This document shows, one piece after another, positions 18,698 through 26,758 of a stretch of DNA of 31,240 bases (positions within the stretch are counted from its first letter, which is position 1; the number at the start of each line of letters is the position of its first letter). The translations under genes and the position numbers were made by a program. Below the pieces are notes generated by a model. That model had not been told where the DNA came from, searched no databases, and saw only the letters and a program-made list of their open reading frames with translations. This DNA is from Leptolyngbyaceae cyanobacterium (GTDB lineage: Bacteria > Cyanobacteriota > Cyanobacteriia > Phormidesmidales > Phormidesmidaceae): positions 1 through 31,240 of the forward strand of contig JBHJHA010000100.1 in the NCBI GenBank assembly GCA_050331235.1, read 5' to 3'.

Positions 18698-20464
18698 TTA
18701 CGCGATTGCCTCCTGAATGCTGGAGAGCACGTCTTCTTCAACGCTGGTTTGGTGGGCCACAGTCGAAGGATCTTCAAGGCCAACGTCACTACACAGGGGC
18801 TCAATCCCCACACCCGCGCGGGGATATTCACCACAAATCGCCTGGTATTCCGAAATTGCGATAATCAGCTCATCCTGCGTTATGACGTTGAGATAGCCAC
18901 ACTTGCCAATGGAGCCTTTGGGGAGAGGCGCAACCAGATTGTTACCCCGCTTTTGCACCATCTTTTCCTGCGCTGCCCACATGAGATCGCGGTCAAGCAG
19001 CACATCGCTCCACAGACTGAGGCCAAAGGAGCTGATCAGTCTCAAGATGCGATGAAAGTCGGTTTTGTTGATCCACTGGTGACGGTAGCTGAGATAGGCC
19101 CCAAAGCCCATGCCAATGGCGACAGCATGGCCATGGAGTAAACCAGCGGCAATTTCAAACCCAGGCGACCAGGTGTGTCCGTAAGCGTGGGGGCGACACT
19201 GGTGCGTTTCGTACAGATTGTCATACTCGGCTTCGACATAGCTGCGCATCGCCGCCGCTAAGATCTTTTGAGACAGATCGCAAATAGGAGCCTCAGCCTG
19301 ACAATCAAGGGTGCCAAAGCGAGTGGTGATTAACTCAGGCCCGGCCTGCTCCAGATAAGCAAACAGCTCGGCATCTTTAACCGTAGCCATCTTGATAATT
19401 TCGGCAATGCCGTGGCGGAGCCAGCCTTCCTTTAGGGTCTTAAAGAAAGCGCGGTCAGTAATCGAAAGGACAGGTGCGTGATAGGCACCAAACAGGTTTT
19501 TGTAGCCAAAGCCATCGCAGCAGGTGCGAGGAGAAGGACCGGCATCAATCCCCGCCACGATGGACGTTGACAACATGACATAGGGAGTATTGCGGTGATA
19601 AAGGGCGCAGGCCAAACCGCCGGTGTCAGTCAAGACCCCGCCGCCGATGATCAAAACCGGCTCATTCCGAGAAACCCCTAGGCGCTTGAAATCACCGAGC
19701 ATGCGCTCGACAGTGTGAATGCCCTTATCCACCTCCATGGCACGATAGACCAGTTTGTCTAGCTGAATGCCATGGTGAGAGAAGTAGTGCTCAATTTGCT
19801 CGCCGTAAAAACGCTCCACGTTTTGATCAATTAGACAAACGCATCGTCCTGCCGAAATGTACATATCGCGGAGGAGGGTTTCTTGGGGATCGAGGGAGTT
19901 TTCCAATACGCGAATCGACGTAAAGGTGCTAGAGGTCATTACCGCTTCGACTGTTTGATCATCGTCAGTGCTCACCACAAATCCTCGGCTTTGCCGATAG
20001 CTTGAAGTGGGATAAATCGCGTGGTGATCAGTTTCCACTAAATGAGCAGCTAAATCTCGATAGTACTCACCCTCAGGACCATGTACCAAAACCTGTAGCA
20101 GCTTCTCTTTTCCCAGAGACGACCGTCGAATCCGACTCGCAAAGTTTGACCAAGTAATGCCCGCTTCAACGTCAAACGCTGCAAGCAGTTCCGACAGCAA
20201 GCCGAAAAAGTTACTCAGTGGAGTGTTTAAACAACTCCGTAACCGACGGCAAGCAGAGAGCCCCTGAATCGCTCCGACCAGAGCAAACTCTTGACCCAAC
20301 TCAGGGGAAAAGGCGGGGGCGTTGATCAGCGCCAATAGCAGTTCTCGAAAGTCTGAACTGGCAAACAACTGTTCAGAACTTTTTTCTAATTCTTGCTCCT
20401 TCAAGGATTGGCTATCATACGCTGCAATAAAAGCCTTTACTGCTGAAGTAGTCGATGTCATCAC
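18698..20464 (-). CDS. Sedoheptulose 7-phosphate cyclase, divergent DDGS (desmethyl-4-deoxygadusol synthase, MysA-like) type with long N-terminal extension
   Basis: DHQS-superfamily motifs IGGGVLTDTGG, STSIVAGIDAG, KNLFGAYH, GIAEIIKMA and LLHGHAVAIGMG. DDGS-type AYGHTWSP lies within MRSYVEAEYDNLYETHQCRPHAYGHTWSP. Start is GTG 20464 or ATG 20461. Confidence 0.88.
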   Translation of the reverse strand: MMTSTTSAVKAFIAAYDSQSLKEQELEKSSEQLFASSDFRELLLALINAPAFSPELGQEFALVGAIQGLSACRRLRSCLNTPLSNFFGLLSELLAAFDVEAGITWSNFASRIRRSSLGKEKLLQVLVHGPEGEYYRDLAAHLVETDHHAIYPTSSYRQSRGFVVSTDDDQTVEAVMTSSTFTSIRVLENSLDPQETLLRDMYISAGRCVCLIDQNVERFYGEQIEHYFSHHGIQLDKLVYRAMEVDKGIHTVERMLGDFKRLGVSRNEPVLIIGGGVLTDTGGLACALYHRNTPYVMLSTSIVAGIDAGPSPRTCCDGFGYKNLFGAYHAPVLSITDRAFFKTLKEGWLRHGIAEIIKMATVKDAELFAYLEQAGPELITTRFGTLDCQAEAPICDLSQKILAAAMRSYVEAEYDNLYETHQCRPHAYGHTWSPGFEIAAGLLHGHAVAIGMGFGAYLSYRHQWINKTDFHRILRLISSFGLSLWSDVLLDRDLMWAAQEKMVQKRGNNLVAPLPKGSIGKCGYLNVITQDELIIAISEYQAICGEYPRAGVGIEPLCSDVGLEDPSTVAHQTSVEEDVLSSIQEAIA

Positions 20465-20557
20465 AAGTTCCCGAAAAGACGTAGGCGATAAACAAAAGGG
20501 GGATCACCCCATACTTCATGCAAGTTAACACAATAGTCCTAAAAAATCTTAAAAGAA

Positions 20558-20578
20558 CATTACAGAAACGGTGTAATG
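20558..20578. promoter_or_regulatory. Candidate operator: 7-7-7 inverted repeat upstream of the cyclase operon
   Basis: CATTACA-GAAACGG-TGTAATG, about 95 bp upstream of the cyclase start in AT-rich DNA. Confidence 0.35.
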
Positions 20579-20971
20579 GCAAATGTTATGCTGTGGAGTC
20601 AAGGCTTGGTAAGCCTGTTCTTGAATTCTAGTTGTTTTTTCTGTAATTTCCTAGAATTCCTGAATTTGCGGCAAGAATGCCGTTTTGCACGACTTTTTTG
20701 ATTTTTTGTCCATTTTTGTGGCTTTATGAAACCTCATGCTGTGAGCAATTGGCTCATGATTTAGAAAGCCGTCAGGGCATAGAACTCAAAAAAAATTGCT
20801 GTTGCTAAGCGCAGGATCTGTGCGAGTAATCAATCTCAATAGATGAGATAGCCATCGAAACTGTGAACAACTCCTGCATTTTTAGTGGGGCTACTAAGGC
20901 GGAGCCTTGACTCGGGGGGATTGACATCTTCCCAATTACGATGGGAGGGTCGCGATTAACGGGAGCCACCA

Positions 20972-22090
20972 ATGTCCGAAGGTGTTGCTATGGATTCAGA
21001 TGCAATTTGGATGCAGCGATGCCGACAGTTGGCGAGTCAAGCCGCTGGAAAAACGGCTCCTAATCCTTTGGTTGGCTCAGTCATTGTGCAGGGTGGCGTT
21101 AACGTTGGGGAGGGGTTTCATCCAGCAGCGGGCCAATCCCATGCGGAAGTGTTCGCGTTGCGGGCAGCGGGCGATCGCGCTCGGGGGGCGACACTTTACG
21201 TCAATTTAGAGCCCTGTAACCATACCGGCCGCACCCCTCCCTGTACCGAGGCCATTATGGCAGCGGGGATCACCCGCGTTGTCATCGGCATGGTTGATCC
21301 GGATCCCAGAGTGGCGGGAGCGGGGGTGCAGCGGTTACGGCAGGCTGGTATTGATGTCAAGGTCGGTGTTGATGAAGCTGCTTGTCAGCGGCTGAATGAG
21401 GCGTTTACTCACAGCGTTTTGCACCATCGGCCCTTTGGCATTTTGAAATATGCTATGACGCTGGATGGCAAAATTGCGGCATCTAGCGGTCATAGCGCCT
21501 GGGTCACAGGCCCAGAGTCGCGAGCTTGGGTCCACCAGTTGCGCAGTCGGTGTGATGCAGTGATCGTAGGTGGGCAGACGGTGCGGCGAGACAACCCCCG
21601 GCTAACGAGCCACGGCCACAGCGATCGCAATCCGGTGCGCGTGGTGATGAGCCGCCACTTAGACTTACCCGTACAGGCCAATTTGTGGCACACAGCCATT
21701 GCTAAGACATTGGTCTTTTGTTTGCCAGAACGCTGTGTAGAAACTCAGCAACAGCTACAAGAACAAGGGATAGAAGTAACGGTCTTACCCATCTTGGAGC
21801 CGCTCACAGTGCTTCAGCAGCTTCAACATCGGGGAATGCGATCAGTGCTATGGGAATGTGGTGGAACCCTAGCAGCCAGCACGATCGCCCAAAGTTGCGT
21901 ACAAAAGGTCTATGCCTTTATTGCTCCCAAAATTGTGGGCGGCAAACAAGCCCCGACTCCCGTCGGCGACCTAAGCATTGAGCGCATGGATGCAGCCCAG
22001 CAGCTCAGCAACGTGACTTATCAACAAGTTGCCTCTGACTTGCTAATTGAAGGCTACATCCCTGTTCAAAGGTCTGAAGATTCGGGCTGA
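20972..22090 (+). CDS. ribD: Bifunctional diaminohydroxyphosphoribosylaminopyrimidine deaminase / reductase
   Basis: PNPLVGSV, HAEVFAL, Zn motif LEPCNHTGRTPPC, KYAMTLDGKIA, DNPRLT and ECGGTLA. Start is 20972 (GGGAG upstream) or 20990. Confidence 0.96.
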   Translation: MSEGVAMDSDAIWMQRCRQLASQAAGKTAPNPLVGSVIVQGGVNVGEGFHPAAGQSHAEVFALRAAGDRARGATLYVNLEPCNHTGRTPPCTEAIMAAGITRVVIGMVDPDPRVAGAGVQRLRQAGIDVKVGVDEAACQRLNEAFTHSVLHHRPFGILKYAMTLDGKIAASSGHSAWVTGPESRAWVHQLRSRCDAVIVGGQTVRRDNPRLTSHGHSDRNPVRVVMSRHLDLPVQANLWHTAIAKTLVFCLPERCVETQQQLQEQGIEVTVLPILEPLTVLQQLQHRGMRSVLWECGGTLAASTIAQSCVQKVYAFIAPKIVGGKQAPTPVGDLSIERMDAAQQLSNVTYQQVASDLLIEGYIPVQRSEDSG

Positions 22091-22470
22091 GCCTCAACGA
22101 AATGAGGAATCCGCAGGGCGCGCTCCAAAGAAGTCAAGTTCAGTGCCATATTCTGCGTGTAGGAGACTAACGTTGACCGCAGCTCATCGCGGCTCGTCAT
22201 CCCTTCGATACGATGACAGACGCTGCCGTTTTTAAATATCAACAATGTAGGGAGTGTCTTTAAACGGTATTGGTTCGCCAGCTTGAAGTTTTCATCGGCG
22301 TTAACGTCAACCAGGCGAAAACCGTCCAACCACTCGTTTTGTAAGCTCAGCAACAGAGGCTCTACTAGCCGACAGACCCCACACCAAGGAGCCCAAAAGT
22401 GCACAACAACGGGAACAGGTGACTGTAGAACCTGATTCTCAAAAGTCGTTTCGTCAGCCGTCAGGGACAT
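22066..22470 (-). CDS. trxC: Atypical thioredoxin (TrxC-like)
   Basis: Thioredoxin fold with HFWAPWCGVC instead of WCGPC; cyanobacterial TrxC has WCGLC. Also LANQYRLKTLPTL. Overlaps the ribD 3' end by 25 bp. Confidence 0.8.
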   Translation of the reverse strand: MSLTADETTFENQVLQSPVPVVVHFWAPWCGVCRLVEPLLLSLQNEWLDGFRLVDVNADENFKLANQYRLKTLPTLLIFKNGSVCHRIEGMTSRDELRSTLVSYTQNMALNLTSLERALRIPHFVEAQPESSDL

Positions 22471-23038
22471 AGGTTTGTAGTTGTGTTTCGTAAAAATATA
22501 CTTTGTAATTATTGTATCGGAATTATGACCCTGTAATCGAAGTCCTGGCCGTCATTGTGGGCTTCCGATAACATCGTCGATGAGAATAATTGTTGAGTTC
22601 AGTATCGGCACTCTGGATGTCAGGCAATGCTGAATTGAGTTGATCCCCCCTCGTTATCTAACGGTTACCCGCAAACTACTGGTGATCTCTCAATGGACTA
22701 CTGTTTATCGGAGTCGAGGTATCTACCCGTTTTCTAAGGTGGGTCTACGGTTACTGAGAAGATGATCCCACTAAAGCCCAAAATCTTCACAGAAAGTAAA
22801 TTGTCCACTGGTTTACTAGTCGATCAGTCAAGACTGTTACAGATAGTCTTGTGGCCTGAAAAGCCTTAAGCCAATGCGGCGAGTTGCGACTACAGGTCTA
22901 AACGCGAGGGTTTCCGCAGGCAGGAGAGCCGAATAGGATCGGCTTAAGGCTGAAAATTGGGAATCACGGCTGAGGGTGTTATAGGCGGAAATACGCTCAA
23001 TGGAAATAAATCCAGAGGTGATCTCTAACGGGGTATGA

Positions 23039-23563
23039 CTAAACCTTTTCTGGCGTCTTGGCCCGATTAGGCAAGTCAGTGATTTGCATGCGCTCATATT
23101 TTTCAAACGGTTGATGAATCCACGGGCTGTCTTCCAGAAACTGGCCGTAAAAGTCTGGTGTGGCTGTAGAGCAAGACTTTTGCCAAAGGACAGCGCTACG
23201 AATTTCATCGATATAGAAGCCGTAATGGTGATGGAGCCACTGGATGCTACGTTCTAGGGTGTTGCCCGAATCCACCAAATCATCGACTAGCAGAATCCGG
23301 TTGCCGATATTGGCCGTAGTCATCGTCAGATCTCGGGAGAAAGTGATTTTGCCTCGCTGCTGATTGTTTTCGCCGCTGTAGGAGGCGGTTGCCAAAATAG
23401 CGAGGGGAACGTCATAAAGACGGCAGAGAATATCGCCAACGCGTAGCCCTCCCTTGGCCAAACAAACAATTTGGTTGAACTGCCAGCCTGATTGATGGAT
23501 CTTGAGGGCAAGGGTTTCAATCAGGGCGTGATAATCGTCCCAGGTGACGTAAAGGTCAGACAT
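23039..23563 (-). CDS. Type I phosphoribosyltransferase (xanthine/guanine PRT-like)
   Basis: YVTWDDY, CLAKGGL, PRPP-binding ILLVDDLVDSGNT and WIHQPFE. Confidence 0.9.
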   Translation of the reverse strand: MSDLYVTWDDYHALIETLALKIHQSGWQFNQIVCLAKGGLRVGDILCRLYDVPLAILATASYSGENNQQRGKITFSRDLTMTTANIGNRILLVDDLVDSGNTLERSIQWLHHHYGFYIDEIRSAVLWQKSCSTATPDFYGQFLEDSPWIHQPFEKYERMQITDLPNRAKTPEKV

Positions 23564-23655
23564 AATGGCGATCGCAACAGCGCTAAGGGCATGAGAAGAA
23601 GATTGGAGCCATGATACAACTTGATAGGCTCATCCTACTGACGTGAGAAGCACTG

Positions 23656-25143
23656 ATGACCCATGAGTTTTCTGAATCTGCCGACGCCGTAAAATTCCCC
23701 GCCGAGCTCTCAATCTGGACCAAGCTGGCCTACGGTGCCGGAGACATGGGGGCCGGCATGACATCTAATTTGATTGCGTTTTCCTTCCTCATCTTTTTGA
23801 CCGAGGTGGCAGGCATTCGCCCCGCGGCGGCAGGGACGATTTTGCTCATTGGTAAGGTGTGGGATGCGGTCAATGATCCTCTCGTGGGGGTTTTGAGCGA
23901 TCGCACTCAAACCCGGTGGGGACGTCGCTATCCCTGGATCTTGCTCAGTGCTATCCCATTTGGCATCACCTTTTTTTTGATGTGGCTAGTCCCGCCAGGG
24001 GGAGCTGGCTTTCGGTTTTGGTATTACGTGGCGACATCGGTGCTGTTCCAGATTTTCTTTACGACGGCCAATTTGCCCTATGCCACCCTGACAGCAGAGC
24101 TCACCCAGGATTACGACGAACGCACGGATCTGAATAGTTTTCGATTGGGCTTTTCGTTATTGGGAGCGATTATGGCGCTGGCTCTAGGACTCGTGGTGAC
24201 GTCTGTGATTGATCGCGCGGCGCTCCAATACACCGTGCTGGGGGGCATTTGTGCGATCGCGTCGGTCATTCCCCTACTGGTTTGTGTCTTTGGCACCTAT
24301 CCCCAAGCGCAGCGCACAGCTTCGGTTACCCAGGCCGAAACTGACCCCGGAACCGAACTGCCCTTTTTTGAGCAGATTCGGATTGCCCTGCAAAACCGAG
24401 CGTTTCTCTACGTTGTGGGCATTTATCTGTTTGCCTGGCTAGCCTTGCAGATTACAGCCAGCATCATTCCGTTTTATGTCACCTTTTGGATGGGGCTTGA
24501 CTCTTACTTTTTACCCGCGTTGCTGGTACAGGGAACGGCCATCATTATGATGTGGCCCTGTAACTTGCTGAGTCGCCGAGTGGGCAAACAGGGGCTATTT
24601 TTTATTGGCACTGGCGCCTGGCTAGCGGTGCAGATTGGTCTGTTCTTTTTACAGCCGGAACAGGTGACGCTGTTGTATTTGCTATGCGTGGCGGCCAGTT
24701 TTGGCGTGGCGACGGCCTATGTGGTGCCGTGGGCGATGTTACCCGATGTGATTGAGCTAGATGAACTCAACACAGGCAAACGGCGAGAAGGGATCTTCTA
24801 CTCGTTCATGACGCTTTTGCAAAAGTTTGGCCTCGCGGGGGGGCTATTTTTGGTAGGCATTTTTCTAGAAGCCGCCAACTTTTTGGCTGAGTCTGACATC
24901 CGCATTGTGGCTAGGCGATTTGTTTTAGGGGCTACGTTAGATGGGACGGGTTTCCCTCCGGAGCAGGCGATTCAGCCGGATTCTGCATTGTTGGCAATCC
25001 GCGCCTTCATGGGTCTCGTGCCCTTGACGCTGCTCTGTGGCGCCCTAGTTCTCTGCTATTTCTATCCCCTCACCCGTGAAGTGCACGGCGAAATCGTGCT
25101 TAAGCTAGCCGAGAAACGGCGATCGCGAACAGAACAGGAATAG
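23656..25143 (+). CDS. MFS glycoside-pentoside-hexuronide (MelB-like) cation symporter
   Basis: KLAYGAGD, WDAVNDPLVGVLSDRT.TRWGRRYPW, LTQDYDERT, WAMLPDVIE.DE..TGKRREG and YPLTRE; multiple TM helices. Confidence 0.93.
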   Translation: MTHEFSESADAVKFPAELSIWTKLAYGAGDMGAGMTSNLIAFSFLIFLTEVAGIRPAAAGTILLIGKVWDAVNDPLVGVLSDRTQTRWGRRYPWILLSAIPFGITFFLMWLVPPGGAGFRFWYYVATSVLFQIFFTTANLPYATLTAELTQDYDERTDLNSFRLGFSLLGAIMALALGLVVTSVIDRAALQYTVLGGICAIASVIPLLVCVFGTYPQAQRTASVTQAETDPGTELPFFEQIRIALQNRAFLYVVGIYLFAWLALQITASIIPFYVTFWMGLDSYFLPALLVQGTAIIMMWPCNLLSRRVGKQGLFFIGTGAWLAVQIGLFFLQPEQVTLLYLLCVAASFGVATAYVVPWAMLPDVIELDELNTGKRREGIFYSFMTLLQKFGLAGGLFLVGIFLEAANFLAESDIRIVARRFVLGATLDGTGFPPEQAIQPDSALLAIRAFMGLVPLTLLCGALVLCYFYPLTREVHGEIVLKLAEKRRSRTEQE

Positions 25144-25159
25144 CGCATCACCGCATTAA

Positions 25160-25411
25160 CTAGGAAGAGCGCAGCTCGGTTAGCTTGTTTGCGACCCAAC
25201 GCCCGCCGCCAATCATGATGGCTCCGGCCATCAAAATTCCAATTGCCGGTTGAAAGATTGGTGTCCAAAAGCTGTACCAAACCTCCAAACCCAAATCTAC
25301 ATTCATACTGCGCCCAACCACTGCCGCGGCAAACCAGCCAAAGCTAGCTAACACAAAGAATAGATTTACCACGAGTAGCCAGTTCAAACCGTTAAGAATG
25401 CGATTCCACAT
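25160..25411 (-). CDS. Small two-TM hypothetical membrane protein
   Basis: 83 aa with two hydrophobic segments and W..FW.PIFQPAIGILMAGA. Non-overlapping and convergent with the MFS gene. Confidence 0.75.
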   Translation of the reverse strand: MWNRILNGLNWLLVVNLFFVLASFGWFAAAVVGRSMNVDLGLEVWYSFWTPIFQPAIGILMAGAIMIGGGRWVANKLTELRSS

Positions 25412-25722
25412 AGTCGTTGAAGGTTGCTCTTGAGAATTACTAAGTCTGATTGTGGATTTTATCTCAACCCAGTTTACAAACAGCGCTCATTGAGAGGTCA
25501 TGGCTGGTCGCCATTGGAGCAAAGCAAATCGTTATTCTGTAAGCATTAACGATGATTTGAGAGGGCTCCGGCGATCGCGACAGCAGGTTAACCAATGTAT
25601 CTTGCCGTAAAAAAATGTAATAAAAACTCTCATCAAAACACACTACTGTAGCGGTTATAACCTAAATCCCTGTTTTGTACCCTCGCCAATTTTTGGCCTG
25701 AATACACGTTGGAATCTTTAGC

Positions 25723-26436
25723 ATGAGTAACTTAGCAAGTCAGCTTCGAGAAGGTACCAAGAAAGCACACACCACGGCGGAAAACGTCGGCTTTGTGCGC
25801 TGCTTTTTGCGAGGTGTGGTCGAGAAAAATTCCTATCGCAAACTCGTCGCTAACTTCTACTTCGCCTACACCGCTATGGAAGAAGAGTTAGAGCGACACA
25901 AAGAGCATCCAGTCGTTTCTAAGATTTATTTTCCTGAGCTGCACCGTAAACAAAGCCTGGAAGAGGATTTGCAATACTACTATGGAGCAAACTGGCGCGA
26001 GCAAATCAGTACGTCCACTGCTGGCCAGCAGTATGTAGATCGAATTCGCGAAGTGTCGAATACTCAGCCTGAGCTACTTGTTGGTCACTCCTATACCCGC
26101 TACTTAGGTGATTTGTCCGGTGGGCAAATTCTCAAGGGTATTGCCCAGCGAGCGATGAACCTATCCGAAGGTGAAGGCACGGCGTTTTACGAATTTGACG
26201 CCATCGAAGACGAAAAGGCGTTCAAGGTGACCTATCGTCAATCCCTCGATGAAATTGAGGTTAATGATGAGATGGCGGACCTGATCGTCGAAGAAGCCAA
26301 TGATGCCTTTGCCATCAATATGGAAATGTTTAAAGAGCTAGAAGGTAACTTGGTAAAAGCGATCGGTCAAATGTTATTCAACACATTGACTAGCCGCCGT
26401 CGCCGGGGCAGCACTGAGTTGGCAACGGCTGAATAA
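25723..26436 (+). CDS. ho1: Heme oxygenase (biliverdin-producing)
   Basis: LREGTKKAHTTAEN (proximal His), HSYTRYLGDLSGGQIL, and the C-terminal RRRGSTELATAE typical of cyanobacterial HO1. Confidence 0.95.
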   Translation: MSNLASQLREGTKKAHTTAENVGFVRCFLRGVVEKNSYRKLVANFYFAYTAMEEELERHKEHPVVSKIYFPELHRKQSLEEDLQYYYGANWREQISTSTAGQQYVDRIREVSNTQPELLVGHSYTRYLGDLSGGQILKGIAQRAMNLSEGEGTAFYEFDAIEDEKAFKVTYRQSLDEIEVNDEMADLIVEEANDAFAINMEMFKELEGNLVKAIGQMLFNTLTSRRRRGSTELATAE

Positions 26437-26473
26437 ATCGCTCAGTCTTTCCACTTTTGATACTAAAACCGTA

Positions 26474-26510
26474 AAAAGCAGGGTCGTAGCAATTTGGCGA
26501 CTCTGCTTTT
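26474..26510 (+). terminator. Rho-independent terminator after ho1, possibly bidirectional
   Basis: AAAAGCAGGGTCG-(11 nt)-CGACTCTGCTTTT hairpin with an A-run before and a T-run after, between convergent ho1 and cphA. Confidence 0.8.
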
Positions 26511-26758
26511 GTGGTTTCTTATCCCGATTTTTAATGGGCTGACTAAACAAAAGAAGAACAGTTTCGATTTTGTCAATTACGTTGAGCTAATCTCTAATTC
26601 AACCCTCTTCATATATTGAAAGAGTGGCATTCTCCATTTAGTCAGCGATTTCTGAGAAAACAAATTTGGCCTGCAACCACCCAAATCCCCCCAATATTCC
26701 TGACATGACGCCAGAGGAGAGATGAAGGCGATTTCTGCGTTGAACGATTAGTTAGCCG

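Noticed and set aside
18694..18834. 47-aa N-terminal extension of the GT-like ORF in the track
   Set aside because: It overlaps the cyclase 3' end; ATG 18693 with an upstream AGGAGG is the better start.
18406..19141. 152-aa and 130-aa plus-strand ORFs
   Set aside because: Antisense to the well-supported cyclase and GT-like genes.
22837..23208. 123-aa minus-strand ORF
   Set aside because: It overlaps the PRTase 3' part in another frame, is Arg/Ser-rich, and has no recognisable domain.
25647..25658. 12-mer TGTAGCGGTTAT shared with 31032-31043
   Set aside because: A single short match with no flanking similarity; compatible with chance.
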